A stretch of DNA of 64,000 bases from Azolla caroliniana (Eukaryota > Plantae > Polypodiophyta), in contig JBHGNT010000017.1 of the NCBI GenBank assembly GCA_043228905.1, forward strand, positions 4,836,001 through 4,900,000, read 5' to 3'. Below, piece after piece: positions 61,801-64,000 of this stretch. The position numbers and the translations under genes were made by a program. Positions within the stretch are counted from its first letter, which is position 1, and each line of letters begins with the position of its first letter. The notes under the pieces were generated by a model. It did no database searches, had not been told where the DNA came from, and was given only the letters and a program-made list of their open reading frames with translations.

Positions 61801-62199
61801 TAGAGAGCTACCCACATGTGTGAGTGCTTCATACATAGCCTTTGGTTTCTACCATTGACCTCCTCTTCGTTTTGTTCCTTTCGAGGCACTAGAGATGTGC
61901 GGGAGAGAGGGAGATATATATCTTGTTTGTTGCTCTCTTCTACTTGATAAAAAAAAAATATGCATGTTTCAGATCGATGATACCGTTTTTCAGTTTCTGG
62001 AACCTTCTATATTTATAGCCGTGTAATATGAAATACGTATATGAGTCCGAGATTCCCAAAATTCGAGATAGGTTGCAAGTGGAGGTGTGTGCAACTAGCT
62101 ACAACATCCAAACTATATCAAGAGGTTTGACGTGTGTTCCTACATGTATATATGTGTGCATCTAGATGTGTATATCTTGTTGGATGAGAATGTTGTGTT

Positions 62200-64000
62200 G
62201 CATTCTCTCGTGGTCTCTAACTCCTTACAACCCCCAGTGTTTTCGTCTCCACTGAGCACACTCCTAGTGATTTGATGTCTTCCTTGTGCCCTTGGCATTG
62301 AGTATTATGTGTTATTAGTGTGATTAGTTCATGTGTACATGATCCAATTCCATACATTTGAGAATTGTCATCCTTCGTTTGTGGATCATCAAATTGAACT
62401 TCTCTTGGACTCAGCTCCTTCGTGAACAAGTCTATTCCCTCCATTTTCAATATTGGTTTGATAACCAAACATGTCCTTTCTACATTGGATTCATTCTAGT
62501 ATGACGTGTATACATTGGATTCATTCCTGTAGTGAGTATGAATAAGTATACTTCCAAAACAATATAATCAATGATATCCAAAAAGGCTACCCTAACATGA
62601 CTCAGAGCTTTTGATTGGTTACCACGCTAGGTGGATTCTCTTATTAATAGATATTGGCAACAATTACCTTGTCCATATAGGCCAAAGTTCATTATCTGTA
62701 TGAGAAATATCCCACGAACAATAATATATGTAGCATATGTTTCACTAGAACATGGTTTTGAAGAGTCATATGTTATCCTCTCAATACTATGCTCAATAAA
62801 GAAAAACTTAATGCAAGTTGTACCACATGATGCGGTTGGTAAAACATTTGAACATAAATTTGGGAGGGGTTGCCTCAAAACTATTTGTTAGAATGAAGAA
62901 ATGTGTTCCATGAAGAGCAAATTCCCTCAAGGCATTTAAGGCTTCCTTGAAGTCCCCTCATATGCAGATAACATGTACAACTTGGGTATCTTGGTGTCCT
63001 TAAAGCCCTATCTAGGTTGGTCCCATCCCTTCCTTTCCTTTTCTAGCATCTTCTATATATCGTGTCTTCATTAATCGTTAGATCCTCAACTTCAATTGTT
63101 GTCCATTTGGAGTTCATGATATTCATAGGCTCCATTTTGGATAACAAGTCATCTTAGAGGGTTGTAATACTACCTATTTAGGATAAACCAATTTAGGCCA
63201 TAAGTTAAGCAAATTCATTCATGTCATAAAGAGACTAACATTTTGTGGTATATAAGACAAGCACAAAGACGTCACAAAAATAAAGACAAATAGATTAAAC
63301 AAACATTAACAAGGAGATTAAGCAAACATTAATGCAAATATTAGAGGGTAGAGGGTTGTGTGACGAATAGAAAAGGTAGTCCGTTTATGGGTGAATGGAT
63401 ATTGTGCTTATGATTTTGAATTCAGAGAAATTTGTATCCTATGTTCTTTTGCATAAGATAGTTGATTATCAATTAAACTTGGAAAATTAAGGTGGTGGTG
63501 TTTAATAGTACGTCTTAACAAATGCCTTAGCAAATGAAATGGTGGGTAAGTGTTGGATAAGGTGATCATCACATGATATCATACTAGTGTTCCCAAATGG
63601 TTCAATGGTTAAAGAGTTATATGCTTTCACCATACATAAACTACTTCCTCTCCAATGTACCATCTCTCACATTAACTTGCTCAAAGAATCAAAAACTCAT
63701 TATGCAAGGTCTCATAGATACTTAGGAGGACATGGATCAAACTTCTGTAAGAGGTACATTATAAGGATGACCTTTTATCAAGAGTTTAAATCCATTGTTG
63801 ATGATGTAGAGATCACGTCTTAACCCAAAACCATCTTCTCATCATAAATGAGGACGGGTTTGTACTTTTTCTTGGATATATGGATACACGGATTGAGATT
63901 ACACCATTTACGTCTACCTCACTAGTTCATTGTTATGCAGATTGGGTGTTCATTAGCGAAATAAGTGAGAGAGTGTGTTAACCACTCTCAACTGCGTTAG
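62200..64000. mobile_element. Decayed transposon-derived sequence
   Basis: Gene-free, with short random ORFs and a composition like the other TE-derived stretches. No diagnostic motif. Confidence 0.2.

Noticed and set aside
1-64000. Functional gene cluster of organelle-related genes
   Set aside because: The genes are unrelated housekeeping families with no pathway coherence beyond chance.

Overview
Eukaryotic land-plant nuclear DNA with spliced genes. It is most likely from a fern, inferred from a DYW:KP-like PPR protein, RTEX-like LINE remnants and compact introns. Ten protein-coding genes can be reconstructed from GT/GC-AG boundaries and recognisable motifs: a 5'-truncated At1g11320-like beta-barrel protein that resembles cyanobacterial SomA/OprB porins, a plastid-type PLS-E-DYW PPR gene whose HxE zinc motif reads YSE, a CorA/ZntB-like transporter, a DUF1644 protein, a SNRNP25-like ubiquitin-fold protein, a second PLS-E PPR gene, an Sfp-type 4'-phosphopantetheinyl transferase, MED28, a SEC14-like lipid-transfer protein and mitoribosomal mS33. 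Intergenic DNA holds decayed LINE (RTEX-like, L1-like) and LTR remnants, a Mutator-type MITE with a perfect 9-bp TSD, a bipartite tRNA-like repeat and many microsatellites. The most notable observations are the porin-like protein, the degenerate DYW deaminase, the repeat with two convergent tRNA-like heads, two GC-AG introns, and recurrent tandem duplications anchored on exon edges in several genes. All homology calls come from motif recognition by eye; no searches were run.
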